Assembly (NCBI GenBank): GCA_964016885.1
Contig: OZ024741.1
Coordinates: 992,001 to 1,056,000 of the forward strand
Source of the DNA: Eledone cirrhosa
Taxonomy: Eukaryota
DNA length: 64,000 nt
Direction of reading: 5' to 3'
The notes under the pieces were generated by a model. That model made no database searches, had not been told where the DNA came from, and worked only from the letters and a program-made list of their open reading frames with translations. Numbering within the stretch: position 1 is the stretch's first letter; each line of letters opens with the position of its first letter. This document shows positions 1-12,679 of the stretch, one piece after another. Made by a program: the position numbers and the translations under genes.

Positions 1-323
1 TCATCGTGGTGTTGTTGTACCGCTCAATAGAATCGGGTACCGTTGCGACACATACTTAAGAAATGATCCTTAAAAGCATACACACACACACACACACACA
101 TACATACATACATACATACATACATGATGGCTGCCCCCTCGTTATCGAGTATGGCCATTGCACGAGGAGAAAGAAAAAAAAAAAAATAATAATAATAAAT
201 AAATAAAAAAAATATATATATATATATATATATATATACGTAGGTCCCGGGTTGAGTCGGGGATAACCACAGTAAGTAAGGTACTCAATACATGGCAGAG
301 TAAATTTTTATTTTATTTTTTTT

Positions 324-450
324 ATTTTATAGAAGGAGCTTCTACAGGACTAGTACTGTTTCATTCAGATGAAATATTCAGGAAGCTCTTCAGCTTCCTG
401 AAGATTTCATCTGAATGAAACAGTACTAGTCCTGTAGAAGCTCCTTCTAT

Positions 451-454
<4 letters not shown>
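324..454. repeat. Near-perfect 131-bp palindrome (fold-back insertion) carrying a hammerhead motif
   Basis: Arms 324-387 and 392-454 are reverse complements with one mismatch around a CTTC loop. (TA)n follows. Confidence 0.95.
392..442 (+). ncRNA. Type I hammerhead ribozyme motif
   Basis: Stem I AGCTTC/GAAGCT; CTGAAGA 398-404; short stem II; GAAA 417-420; stem III ACAG/CTGT; GUA site. Confidence 0.7.
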
Positions 455-506
<52 letters not shown>

Positions 507-523
507 TATATATATATACATAT

Positions 524-556
<33 letters not shown>

Positions 557-705
557 TATATACATACACACATACATTAATAACAATAATAATAATAATA
601 ATAATAACAACAATAATAATAACGACAACAACAATAATAATATACATATACATATATATATACACACACACGCACACACATAAGCATATCTACACACACA
701 CACAC

Positions 706-3700
706 GATAGCAACTAACAACGCTGCGATCGAATGTGGCCTTTTAGCCCAGCCAATGATCTAAAATGTCTTGCACAGAGTCGGCAACCAAAACATTCACT
801 GGGAATAGTCGGCTGTGGTTGGAGTTCGTGTACTTTTGCATGTCGCTTGAGCCCTCCTGCTGATTTACATTCTCTACCACATGTTTGGCAAGCATGATGA
901 GTAGCATCTCCAACAGCAGCCTGGTAGTCAACCACTGGTCTTACTTTATGACTGCGAAGATGATTTTCGAGTCCAGCTTTGCTTAGGCAGAGTCTCGCAC
1001 ATACGCTGCATGTCAGCACCATAGGAGGACCCTCGCCGTCTGGAAGTGCAACAGCAATGCCCTTCCTCACATCCCGCTTTAATTTCTCGTATGCGATTCG
1101 AGATGTCTCAAAGGCAACTTTTCCCTCATATACAGTCTTTCTCTATTTATTACAATCAGCAGCAATATTCTCCCATGTATCAGCAGAGATGTTAGTGTCT
1201 TTCAGAGAGGCTTTCAAGGAATCCTTATACCTCTTTTTGGGTTTATGTGGCGGTCGTTTTCCTTTAACCAACTCTCCATAAAAGAGTTGTTTTGGTATTC
1301 TAGAATCCTTCATCCTGGCAAGGTGACCACTCCAACGGAGTCGTTGCTTAAGCACAAGAGCTTCTATACTGTCACACATAGAGCTTTCCAAAATCTCGAC
1401 ATCACTGATGTGGTCCCTCCAGTGAACGCCATGGATCCGTCTGAGACACATCTGATGGAATCGCTTCAATTGCTTAAGATGGTGTCGATATGTGAGCCAG
1501 GTCCCGCAGGAATAAAGAAGACAAGAGAGCACACATGCCCTGTACACCTTTACCTTTGTCCTCCTGCATATGTCTCGCCGACCCCAGAGTCGCCTTTCTA
1601 GCTTTCCGAAAGCATCACTTGCTTTCCTAATCCTAAGTGAGATTTCACTGTCAAGGTTGCCGTATCGATTGACAGTGCTTCCCAGGTAGACAAACTGATC
1701 AACCACTCCAAGTCGTTTGCCATACACATAGATGTTTGGTTCAGTGTACTGCTTACCAGGGGCAGGTTGGTACATGACGACGGTTTTCTTGAGACTGACA
1801 GTCAGACCTAGGGCAGTGCAAGCGTCAGAAAATGCATTCAAAATGTGCTGCATATCACTCTCTTTGTGCGCTACAAGATCGCAATCATCTGCATACAAGA
1901 GGTCTCTTATGATTGATGTAAATACTTTTGTCTTCGCAGCAAAGCGCCTGATGTTAAATATGCTGCCTGAGGTTCGATATCGGATGTAAACACCATGCTC
2001 GCAATTCCTGAATGCAATACAGAAAACCATTACAAAGTATATGGCAAACAGGGTCGGTGCTGGAATATCCCACTGTTTCACTCCATTTTTTACTGAGATA
2101 GGCTCCGACATGTTACCCCCGACATTAACCCAAGCCTTCATGTCGTCATGGAAAGACCTAACTAAAGCAAGGAACTTATCAGGGCAACCACGTTTCTGGA
2201 GAACCTTCCATAATGCATCTCTGTTAACAGTATCGAAAGCTTTTGTCAGATCGACAAAAACCTGATACAGATCCAAGCCTTGTTCCATGCACTTCTCCTG
2301 GAGCTGTCTAGCTGAGAAGATCATATCAGTAGTGCCGCGTCCAGCACGAAAACCAGATTGACTTTCAGGAAGAACACAATCTGCAATGTGTGTCAGCAGA
2401 CGGCCCAGAAGCACCCCACATAAAACTTTCTCTACGACAGAAAGCAATGATATACCTCTGTAGTTCCCACAATCGTTCCTGTTACCCTTTCCCTTGTACA
2501 AGACCACCATTACTGCATCTCTCCAGTCCTCAGGTACGGATTCATTAGCCCATATCCTGCCAAACAAAGAGTGAAGATGTTGCAGGAGTCTCTGACCACC
2601 ATATTGTAGGAGCTCAGCATGTATGCCATCCATACCTGGAGATCTTCCACTGTTCAGCTTCGAAATAGCCACTGCAACCTCCACAAGCGTCGGAGGTTCT
2701 GCGAGAGCTACTTTCACAGGACTTTCTGGAATGAGATTGAGGAAATCTTCACTGACGACAGACGGCTGATTCAAAAGCTCATGAAAGTGCTCTCGCCACC
2801 TTCGTAGAATTCCTTGTGAGTCACGAGGAAGTTCTTTGCCATCCTTGCTGCGAAGCGGTGTCACCAGAGAAGAAGACGGTCCATAAACCTCACGCAAGAG
2901 ACTGTACAATAGCTTTGTGTTATTGGAATCAGACGCAGTTTGTATCTCACCAGCCTTCTCACTCCACCACTGATCCTTCATCTGAGAAAGACTCCGCCTA
3001 ACACGTGATTTTACATCCCTGAGTTCCTCATGCAACGTATTCCTCTCCTGTGGTTTTGCCGTCAAGTAGCGTGACAGAGCACGCCTCTTATCAGCCAACA
3101 AGTCTTCTATATGTACATCATTCTCATCAAACCAGTCCTGATGTTTCCTCTGCGCCAATCCCAGAACACGCCTGCCTACATCATAAACCGACTTTTTAAG
3201 GGTCGGCCAATCCTCACCAAGATCTGCAGCCCGCATCTCTTCTTCCAATGTCCTCTTCACATTTTTATCCTTAAGACGAGCAGCATTCAATCTTTTGTGC
3301 AGGGCAACACCAGGAGCCCGGATTTTACGTTTAGTGATTAGTTTCACTTTTGCGCGTACCAGGCGGTGGTCCGTCCAGCACTCAGCTCCACGAAGAACAC
3401 GAACACACTGCACATCCTGTCCGTCACGCATCCTGACTAGGACGTAGTCCAAAAGATGCCATTCCTTAGATGCAGGATGCATCCATGTGGTCTTGAATTT
3501 GTTCTTTTGTTGGAACATGGTGTTGGTAACACACAGATCCAGCTCCTCACACATCTGCAGCAGGAGCATACCATTGCTGTTACACTTTCCCACCCCATGC
3601 CTTCCGATTACATTCCATGTGTTAAAATCCCTACCCACTCTAGCATTAAAGTCACCAAGCACGATGACTTTGTCTGCCTGAGGGATATTTCTTAAAACAC

Positions 3701-4200
3701 CTTTCAAGGCATGGTAAAAGGACACCTTTTCCTCATCGACAGAACTCATAGTTGGAGCATACACACTCACCAGGGTAGCATATCTTCCCTTGTCCAGCGG
3801 AACTCTCATGGACATAAGACGCTCACTAATCCCTACTGGGAATTCTTCTAATTTGTTCACAAGCACAGTCTTAACAGCAAATCCTACCCCAGCCTCTCTT
3901 CTGGTTCCTTCATCTCTTCCTTTCCAGAAGAATGTATATTCTCCACAAAATTCCGTAAGATGACCATCTCCAGCTAGCCTCGTCTCAGATAAAGCCACGG
4001 TGTCAAGATCGTAACGTCGAAGCTCCTTTGCAACAAGAGCGGTCCTTCGTTCAGGACGCCCCAAGGAATCCCTGTCAAGCAGCGTCCGTACGTTCTAGCA
4101 GCCAAGACTAAATGCCTTGTTTGGCTCTATTACAGTGGCACGATGACGAGCAGGCCCAGGCTGTGATAACCTGGGGCCCCTGCCCTTATTGCCAATGATC
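706..4200 (-). mobile_element. RTE-clade (BovB-like) non-LTR retrotransposon, near full length, inactivated
   Basis: APE endonuclease (ALSETR, LGDFNARVG, WTDH) plus RT (FVDLTKAFD, LLYADD) in one ORF. The 3' end abuts (GT)n. Confidence 0.92.
714..4064 (-). pseudogene. RTE ORF: APE-RT plus three C-terminal C2H2 zinc fingers, broken by an in-frame TAG at 1143-1145
   Basis: ORFs 1143-4064 and 714-1070 are in the same frame, separated by one stop (probably Trp). A second TAG replaces the Trp of the N-terminal xWNVRTL motif near 4096. GVKQW replaces GVKQG. Confidence 0.85.
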
Positions 4201-4300
4201 TTTTTTGTTCCAGAACCTAAATTGCCAATTATCTCTTTTATATTGATCTGGAACATCATTGAATTTGAAAAAAAAAAAAAAAAAAAAAGTAATAATAATA

Positions 4301-4331
<31 letters not shown>

Positions 4332-4902
4332 TAGTACACTATTAATAATTATTAATGCACTCGTGCAATGCCTGTGCGTGACGAATATTTTTAAAGTGAG
4401 GAAAGACTGTGCACTGAGCCAATCCCACTTTCTGAGCGACAGTAGCTATAACCCGAAAAGAAGAAAAGATCAACATCATCGGTAACTACTGAGCCGATGG
4501 TTTTATGTCGGAGTTAACCCAGTTTCCTGAGATGCCTTCTCCTAGAAGAATGCCCTGACAAGGGCTAGGGGTTCTTCACTCCCAGTGGTTTAACTGCGCG
4601 ATCGGGCATCCAGCCCGATTATTTCTATGTCCCCGCGCGCAAAAAAAAAAAAAATATATATATACATACATACATACATACATACATACATACATGCGAA
4701 AATATAAACATACATATGAGAATATATGTATGTATCATGGACTTGTAACTCCTGATGGAGTCGTAGAGGCACCATATTGCCATACGGCGTTACTTGGGCA
4801 TTTTAAAACATGGTGGAGCCCATCTTTCCAAGTCTGAACACGGCAGATTTATTCTGGAGAAGGGCAGAGAGTGAGAGAAGTGAGAAATATAAAGGAAGAA
4901 TC

Positions 4903-5035
4903 AACCCAGTACTTGACTGGTACTTTATTTATCGACCTAGAAAGGATGAACGGCAAAGTTAACCTCTACGTGATTTGAACTCTGCGAGTAGAGACAGAAT
5001 GGAACGTGCAAATCTTTCTATCTGACGTTCTAACG
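4903..5035 (-). mobile_element. tRNA-head SINE, partial
   Basis: Reverse complement has GAGTTCAAATC B-box and the CCTTTC.AGGTCGATAAA.AAAGTACCAG core. Same family as 17748. Confidence 0.7.
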
Positions 5036-5149
5036 ACTCTATATATACGTATGTACACAATCATACATACATATAGATCCATCCATACATACATATGCAT
5101 ACACACAAGCATCCATATATATATATATATATATGCACGAACACATTAC

Positions 5150-5349
5150 ACAATTACACACTTACTTGGCGGCAGGTTGCTAAATCCCATCCATATACTC
5201 CTCATAATAGAGTATGTAACCTATGCCTTGCCGAATCCCACTCTATTATATTTGCTAAATGCCCTCTACTAAATAGAAAGTCTGAAATATTTTCCTCTTG
5301 CCCCCACCGAATATTAAGCTCTTTCTTCTACTTTAAACCTGTTAGCTAG
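5150..5349 (+). pseudogene. Penelope-like element GIY-YIG endonuclease C-terminal fragment
   Basis: TWRQVAKSHPY...CNLCLAESHSII...LLNRKSEIFSSCPH matches the PLE C-terminal pattern CxLCLxEK..LNxRxE..CxH. Confidence 0.7.
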
Positions 5350-6597
5350 CACTTCCTTATTCCTCCAGTTGGGCTGTCTTGTGTAACTGTCTCTGACTGT
5401 GTGTAACTGTCTCCTATTGTTGGTCGTCTATGTATATGAGTCGGTGAATGTATACGTATGCCTGTGGGAGGATTTTGATCTGGATATTGGGGTGTGCAGG
5501 TGAGTGGGTGTGTATGTTAATAAGCACCCCTATTTGGCACAGTGGATGTAACCCATCCACGCTCGCCTACCCACCATTGGTGCATTGGTGGGTCTATCCT
5601 GACGTATATCTTGTGGATCTGTACCTCTGTATGCGCATGAGTTGTGATGTAATGTATTTATGTAAAGCGTGTACTGTGATTTAGGCTGCACTAATAGAAA
5701 TTTAGCCTGTAACTGTGGGCGGACCTGTGCCATCCCGCCGTAAGCAGTGGATACGTGGCGCATGTACGTGTTGCCCTCATGTTCTGTGGTTTAAGATCTA
5801 CAGGCTGACTTCTGGGAGCTCTTGCCCGGGGTTGTAGTCTTTCTAGCACGATCGGCCTTCCATATATTGACGGTCGTTGTTATGATCCCGAAAGTAACGT
5901 TTTGGCCCCGATAGCCCTCCGTAGTTACTAACGGTCTGTGTACACTTGAATCGGGCAATGGCACGTGCGGACATGATTATCTCCGTAGGATTTCAACTTT
6001 ATTTTACTACATCTCATCGTATGTATTTATTTTGAATGTATTATCCGTGGTGGTGGGTCTGGCCTAATGTGGTATTTCGGTGTTTAATATCAGCTTTGAC
6101 CCGGGTGTCCTACGCTGTGTGTGTGTGCGTGTGTGTCCGTGTATACATTTATATGTGTATGGGTGTAGGTGGTTGTATATGTCTGTATATAAAAAAATAT
6201 ATATATATATATATGTATACCGTCTCTGCATATGCATGTGGTGTGTATATGTGCATATACGTGCTGAACATATTGATGTGTACAATCTTGTGATGTCCCA
6301 ATGCGGTGACTTAATGGCTCTTGAAGCTATTTTTTATATATCTTCTGTCTTTTTATATATCTTTTGTATGCGCTCCAACTGTGTCTGCTTGCTTTGGCTA
6401 ACCCGCCTGCACCTCGCTTGCTAATGCACGTGAATTCTTCTACCTTCCTTCGATGCACCTCTCTCTGACCATTGGACTCCTGCCCGGGTGTGAACCGGTT
6501 TGTGATTACCCCACCGCTCAACTGTGTGAATGCACACCCGCGACTTTCGAGTGAACTTTTGAGACTGCCCAACCTGGGACGCCTCCATTGCCTTGCA

Positions 6598-6760
6598 ATG
6601 GTCAAGTGATACTGGTGACTGTGACACTTAGTGCCTTCGTGGGCCCCTGATATTTTCAAGAAATATATTTTAAAAAAATGGTCAAGTGATACACATAACT
6701 GTGACACTTAGTGCCTTCGTGGGCCCCTGATATATTCAAGAGATATATTCTAAAAAAATA
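6598..6760 (+). repeat. Two-copy direct repeat, about 80-bp period
   Basis: ATGGTCAAGTGATA..ACTGTGACACTTAGTGCCTTCGTGGGCCCCTGATAT at about 6598 and 6678. Confidence 0.85.
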
Positions 6761-6961
6761 TATATCTTATCTCAATTTACTTTATTTCATTTTATTTTAT
6801 TTTATTTCATTTCATGTTATCTAATTTTATTTATTTACTTATTTAATTCCATTTATTTATTTATTTATTTATTTACTTATTTATTTACTTATTTATTTAT
6901 TTATTTATTTATTTAAATTTAATTTTAATTTTAATTTTAATTTTATTTATTTATTTAATTT

Positions 6962-6997
<36 letters not shown>

Positions 6998-7558
6998 TTA
7001 CATTTAATTATATTTTATATTATATTATTTTAATTTAGTCTATTTTATTTTATTTTAGTTTACCTTGTTTTATCTTATTTTATGATTATATTATATTATG
7101 TTCTATTTTATATAATTTTAATTTTAATTTTATATTATTTTATCTCATTCCTTACCCTGTATCACTATTATCTGTATATTTTATATTTTATATGTAAGTT
7201 TGTTATGTATTTCTTTATATTTTCTTATATATATATTATAAGTCTGTTTTTCACCTATTTTTTACCTACTCTTACCTAATCCTATCTATCTTATCTACTC
7301 TTGTCTGTTCTCTTATCCCTGTGTATGCTTGTATGTAACTATATGTTGACAGCACCCCGCCCAACTGTGACTGATAGCACCCCTTATTTTTCATTGTTTA
7401 TTTTATTATCTTATTTTTATTTTTATTTTTATTTTTATTTTTATTCTTATCTTTATTTTTACTTTTACTTCCTTAATATCCTTTATCGTCTATTATTATT
7501 TTTCATTCTTCAATGTCTTGGATTTGTTATTGCTTGTATGGTATGTAATTAACCTTTA

Positions 7559-7604
7559 TGCTCTGATGAGTCCCACTTATAGTGCGGATGAAACAATGTT
7601 AGCA
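7559..7604 (+). ncRNA. Type I hammerhead ribozyme motif
   Basis: TGCT-CTGATGA-gtcccact tat agtgcggat-GAAAC aat GTT-AGCA. All three stems pair. Confidence 0.75.
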
Positions 7605-7738
7605 AGTAAAGATATGCATATGCTATAGGCGTTCTTTGTTATTTATTATATCACGGCTCTGTCCTCAGACATTGAGCTAACCTTATACTGCCTGCTGGAT
7701 AAGTGGAGTGTTATACACCCCTGATCCTCTCCCTAGTA

Positions 7739-7826
<88 letters not shown>

Positions 7827-7856
7827 GTGTCTCATGGGTTAGATGGTTCTCTCTCA

Positions 7857-8002
<146 letters not shown>

Positions 8003-8010
8003 TATATATA

Positions 8011-8119
8011 TAACGAAGGGAATGTGGTAAGGAACCAGGTGGACCATAACGCACCAAAGTACTCAATACTTAGGGTAGTAGAGTGGGTAATAGGAACGAG
8101 TAGTGGGGTCCTACTCGTT

Positions 8120-8123
<4 letters not shown>
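8011..8123 (+). mobile_element. Short (TA)n-flanked element with terminal hairpin (family F, copy 1)
   Basis: Core GTGGTAAGGAACCAGGTGGACCATAACGCACC..GGGTAATAGGAA is shared with 8611, 22265 and 53656. Confidence 0.75.
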
Positions 8124-8166
<43 letters not shown>

Positions 8167-8353
8167 TAATGGATTGTAACCTTACGTTACTGTTCACCAA
8201 GTTGAGCACTCGATACATAGGTGGGTCTGTTTAAGTATATTACGTGCTGTTGTATATTTGGTGTTATACTATGGTCAGTTTCCTTGATAAGAATTGTTAA
8301 TAACAATAATAAGTAGGATTAAGGTGTCAGAGTATCATCATTAAGTTTATTCA

Positions 8354-8413
8354 GGTGTGACGTGCGTTTCACGATTGATCAGCTCAAAGTTCGATCAATA
8401 GCTCATCAGACTC
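8354..8413 (-). ncRNA. Hammerhead-like motif (weak stem I)
   Basis: Reverse complement: CTGATGA-gct ATTGATC..GATCAAT cgt-GAAACGCACGTC. Confidence 0.5.
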
Positions 8414-8574
8414 TTGATTTCTTTATTAATATTTATACACGCACGTGCACACACACACACACACATATATATATCTAACCTAAGAATGGTGACACACACA
8501 TACACATATATATATATATATATATATGCGTATGTGTGCAGACGTTCTTCAGCCTTTCCTCTCTCTGAAATTAA

Positions 8575-8610
<36 letters not shown>

Positions 8611-8613
<3 letters not shown>

Positions 8614-8816
8614 CGAGTAGGACCCCGACGGCTGAGCTCAAGCCGTTTCGACGGGTAATTCTGGACTCAAGAATTCTGTCCAGAATTAGCCGTCGAAACG
8701 GCTTGAGCTCAGCCGTCGGGATCCTACTCGTTCCTATTACCCACTCTACTACCCTAAGTATTGAGTACTTTGGTGCGTTATGGTCCACCTGGTTCCTTAC
8801 CACATTTCCATCGTTA
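8611..8816 (-). mobile_element. Family F copy 2 with about 55-bp-arm hairpin
   Basis: GAACGAGTAGGA.CCCGACGGCTGAGCTCAAGCCGTTTCGACG...inverse. Inverted relative to copy 1. Confidence 0.8.
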
Positions 8817-8829
8817 TATATATATATAT

Positions 8830-9102
8830 ATAAAGAAAAAAAGATAAAATCGAAAATGCAACTGGAGTCTTATTTAAAAAAAAATATATATATCTATTTG
8901 GTTTCTTTACCGGTTTCGCAGTTCTTCTGCTTTTCAAAAGTAGGGTTGAGATGGAGGGTCTGTGGTTTTCTCACATCTGGTTGGTCTCTGAATGTTACTT
9001 GTTTTATATGGAAAAAGTGGCTCGAAATGCCAGGTTTTTCGAGAAGTAATTTGATTGGTTGGTCAATAATTATAATAAATTTCGCGCCAGTTCGCGTTAC
9101 AA
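8830..9102 (-). repeat. Dispersed repeat (also 22755-23027 and fragments at 23820-24270) with a degenerate HHR
   Basis: Near-identical reverse complement of 22755-23027. Contains CTT-TTGAAAA-GCAG..CTGC-GAAACCGGTA-AAG. Confidence 0.75.
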
Positions 9103-9741
9103 AGTTCTTCAAACAAGGGGGGGGGGGGGGGGAGGGTGTCACAGGTTGTTTTTTCATATATGAGTGTTTGAATTTCTTTTTACTTAAAAAAAGAAAAAGG
9201 GGGCTCACGAAGGCTTTTTTTTAAATAAACGTAATTTGATTGGTTATAAATGAAATTATGGCTGTCACGTGAACAAGTTTTCATTAAATTTTCGCGCCCT
9301 TATTTGGAAATCCATTCTGTAGCCTTTTTAGAGAATTTTATGACAAGCAAAAGATAATGGTCAAGAGAAATGGGATGGGAGAATTGTTCTGGTTCTGTGA
9401 ATATGGTTAGTTCACTGGGGTGTCAGAATTCAGATTTTCTATTGAATAAAGAAAGAAAAGATATGTGTTTATTTGTATGCTTGTGTGTGTGTGTGTGTGT
9501 GTCTGTGTGTGTGTGTATGGGTGTTATGTGTGTGTGTGTGGGAGTATGTTAAGATGGAGAGAATATATATTTTGTGTGTGTGTATATATGTGTGTAGGAA
9601 AGTGATTCTATTAGTAGAAATGGGGGAGTTTGTAAAAATGGGGGGGGGGGGGGGTTGTAAAAAACCTCAATTTCTAATATATATATATATATAATAGAAG
9701 AAATAGGATTTCGCTTCAAGCATAGCTTTATACAATATGTA

Positions 9742-10237
9742 TAAATATTTCGTATCTCCAAGGAAATACTGTTTCAGGAAGCCGTAGCTATGCAAACACC
9801 CCCTGGTGATGTCCAGCAGAAGCAAGGGGGACAACCGTCTATGCATTTCGGGCTTAACTGGCCTTCGTCAGGACGGTCCCTCCCACCGCTTGCGACTGCT
9901 GGACTAGAAGACAGGCGAGAATATATACATTTCTCGTCTGTGTAAATGAGGTGATTAATCCCATTTGCATATTTGCATATGAAGCTGCATAAGTTGGCTC
10001 AACTTATAATAAAAAAGAAATAGGATTTCGCTTCAACCATAGCTTTTCGCCTGTCTTCTAGTCCAGCAGTCGCAAGCGGTGGGAGGGACCGTCCTGACGA
10101 AGGCCAGTTAAGCCTGAAATGCATAGACGGTTGTACCCCTTGCTTCTGCTGGACATCACCAGAGGGCGTTAGCCCCCCGGTGTTTGCATAGCTACGGCTT
10201 CCTTCAACCGTATTTCCTTGGAGATACGAAATATTTA

Positions 10238-10238
<1 letters not shown>
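9742..10238. mobile_element. Inverted-repeat (fold-back) PLE-type element with an HHR in each arm
   Basis: Arms about 9742-9919 and 10047-10238 are reverse complements. Flanked by (TA)n and (CA)n. Confidence 0.85.
10088..10131 (+). ncRNA. Type I hammerhead ribozyme (mirror copy at 9834-9877 on the minus strand)
   Basis: ACCGTC-CTGACGA-AGGC cagttaa GCCT-GAAA-TGCA-TA-GACGGT: 6-bp stem I, palindromic stem III ATGCAT, AUA site. Confidence 0.85.
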
Positions 10239-10293
<55 letters not shown>

Positions 10294-10359
10294 CATATAT
10301 ATATATATATATACAATTGATATTAAATAAATGGAAACTATATTTATAAAACCATATTT

Positions 10360-10419
10360 ATTCTATTATATACATTTCAAGGGTACCACAACTTTTGGTA
10401 CGCTATCATCAGATAAAAT
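10360..10419 (-). ncRNA. Type I hammerhead ribozyme motif
   Basis: Reverse complement: ATTTTAT-CTGATGA-..GTACCA aaagttg TGGTAC..-GAAA-TGTATA-TA-ATAGAAT. Confidence 0.7.
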
Positions 10420-10882
10420 ACAAAATGTTTTATAAATATTTGACATGACAAAGGATGATATACCTTAACGGTTCAAGTTATCCCTGGAAAGTGAAGGGAA
10501 GAGAGGAGAAAAGTCAGATATTTAAAATTATTAATATGATTATGCAAATGATATATATATTAAAGGGCTGAAAAAAACCCTTATTTTAGACGCTATGGAA
10601 AATTTAAATATTTATGATAAGTAAAGAAAAGAAAGAGAAAAGAATAACGTTAATTTGGGGGAAAATATTTTTGTTACTTGTATTATGAGTTATAAAATCA
10701 TATGAAGAATTATGTTGTAAGTATTTTTATCTTATTACATTAGGATAGGTTATATGTATATAAATATCTCTATATATATTAATAAGTTGCGTATGCATTG
10801 ATTCTTTATATAAACAAATATGAGTTACGAAGGATGTTGAAACATCTATATTTGTTGGATTTCCAACAAATTAAATATCTCT

Positions 10883-11019
<137 letters not shown>

Positions 11020-11384
11020 TACAAACAAACCCTGGGAAAATCCATGTATTTCTTTTGCAAGGTTTTGATATGAAATCATGTGTTGAAACAGATATTGTTT
11101 AATTTGGGGTTGTCAATAACGCCGTATGGCAATATGGCGTCTCTACGACTCCATCAGAAGTTACGCGTCCATGATACATACATATATTCTCATATGTATG
11201 TTCTCTTAATATTGCCTAAATAATATTTTACCTGGCAATCAATGTTTATCATTGATTGACCAACCGTTAAACTCATAAATATGATTTCTCAAAGTTTCTT
11301 CGTCACACATATTTTTTCTGTGACATCTTCAGTTATTTCCTCCCGGTGTGTTTCTATAACGTTTTTTGTTTTCGGGTGCCAGCT

Positions 11385-12670
11385 AAATTATTTATAAAAC
11401 TATACATATATAAACGGACAAAATGAAACGAATTTTCATTTCCCACTCTTAGTACGGCTGTTACTTAAATATAAGTATGTACACGTACATACATATATGT
11501 ATACAGACGTACAGTAGTATGTATATATATATACATACATGCACACATATATATATGTACGTATGGATTCACCGAACATTTATTATAATGCTCGGTGTGT
11601 TTGTAAACAAACATCCCGTATTAAGCCGTAGTGTCCAGCAACCATCGTTGCTCGTTTGTTCAACACTGACAAAGGAACGATTTACTAGTTTCAAGCTTAT
11701 TAGCTATCGTCTGGAACGTATACCTTCCTGCCAGATTGTTACATTATGCATATTAACGGCATATCGAGTGGGTTAATCGGCCGGGTGCACCGAAAACGAT
11801 AAACGGAAAAAATGAAACGAAATTTCATTTCCCACTCTTATGTATATATATATACATACTAATTTCTTTTCATTTTTTCCGTTTATCGTTTTCGGTGCAC
11901 CCGGCCGATTATCCCACTCCATATGCAAATTGGGTTACTCAGCCGTTAATATGCATAAGGTAAGTATATACGTTGAACAATCTGGCAGGAAGGTATACGT
12001 TGCTGGCGATAGCTAATAAGCTTGAAACTAGTACAGCGTTCCTTTGTCAGTGTTGAACAAACGAGCAACGATGGTTGCTGGACACTACGGCTTAATACGG
12101 GATGTTTGTTTACAAACACATCGAGCATTATAATAAATGTTCGGTGAATCCATACGTACATATATATATGTGTGCATGTATGTATATATATATACATACT
12201 ACTGTACGTCTGTATACATATATGTATGTACGTGTACATACTTATATTTAAGTAACAGCCGTACTAAGAGTGGGAAATGAAATTTCGTTTCATTTTTTCC
12301 GTTTGTCGTTTTCGGTGCACCCGGCCGATTAACCCACTCGATATGCAAATTGGGCTACTCAGCCATTAATATGCATAAGGTAAGTATATACATTCAACAA
12401 TCTAGCATGAAGGTATACGTTGCTGACGATAGCTAATAAGCTTGAAACTAGTACAGCGTTCCTTTGTCAGTGTTGAACAAACGAGCAACGATGGTTGCTG
12501 GACACTACGGCTTAATACGGGATGTTTGTTTACAAACACACCGAGCATTATAATGCATGTTCGGTGAATCCATACGTACATATATATATGTGTGCATGTA
12601 TGTATATATATATATATACATACTACTGTACGTCTGTATACATATATGTATGTACGTGTACATACTTATA
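11385..12670 (+). repeat. 420-bp tandem HHR repeat (about 2 units, 11865-12670) preceded by an inverted copy (11385-11850)
   Basis: Identical landmarks recur at 11998 and 12418. The left block is the reverse complement. The same unit recurs at 24462-25052. Confidence 0.9.
12418..12458 (+). ncRNA. Type I hammerhead ribozyme (other copies 11998-12038 with CTGGCGA variant, and 24749-24789)
   Basis: CGTTG-CTGACGA-t AGCT aata AGCT t-GAAA-CTAG-TA-CAGCG. Palindromic stem III ACTAGT, GUA site. Confidence 0.8.
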
Positions 12671-12679
12671 TATATATAT

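Noticed and set aside
361-703. Many short ORFs rich in YI, CV, HT, LS or ER throughout the window
   Set aside because: They are translations of (TA)n, (TG)n, (CA)n and (GA)n microsatellites.
714-1070. Host C2H2 zinc-finger gene
   Set aside because: It is in frame and contiguous with the RTE RT ORF and lacks TGEKP linkers.
4715-4795. CTGATGG hairpin repeat, also at 11115-11200 on the minus strand
   Set aside because: It is a real two-copy repeat, but I could not complete an HHR fold (no correctly placed GAAA or stem III).
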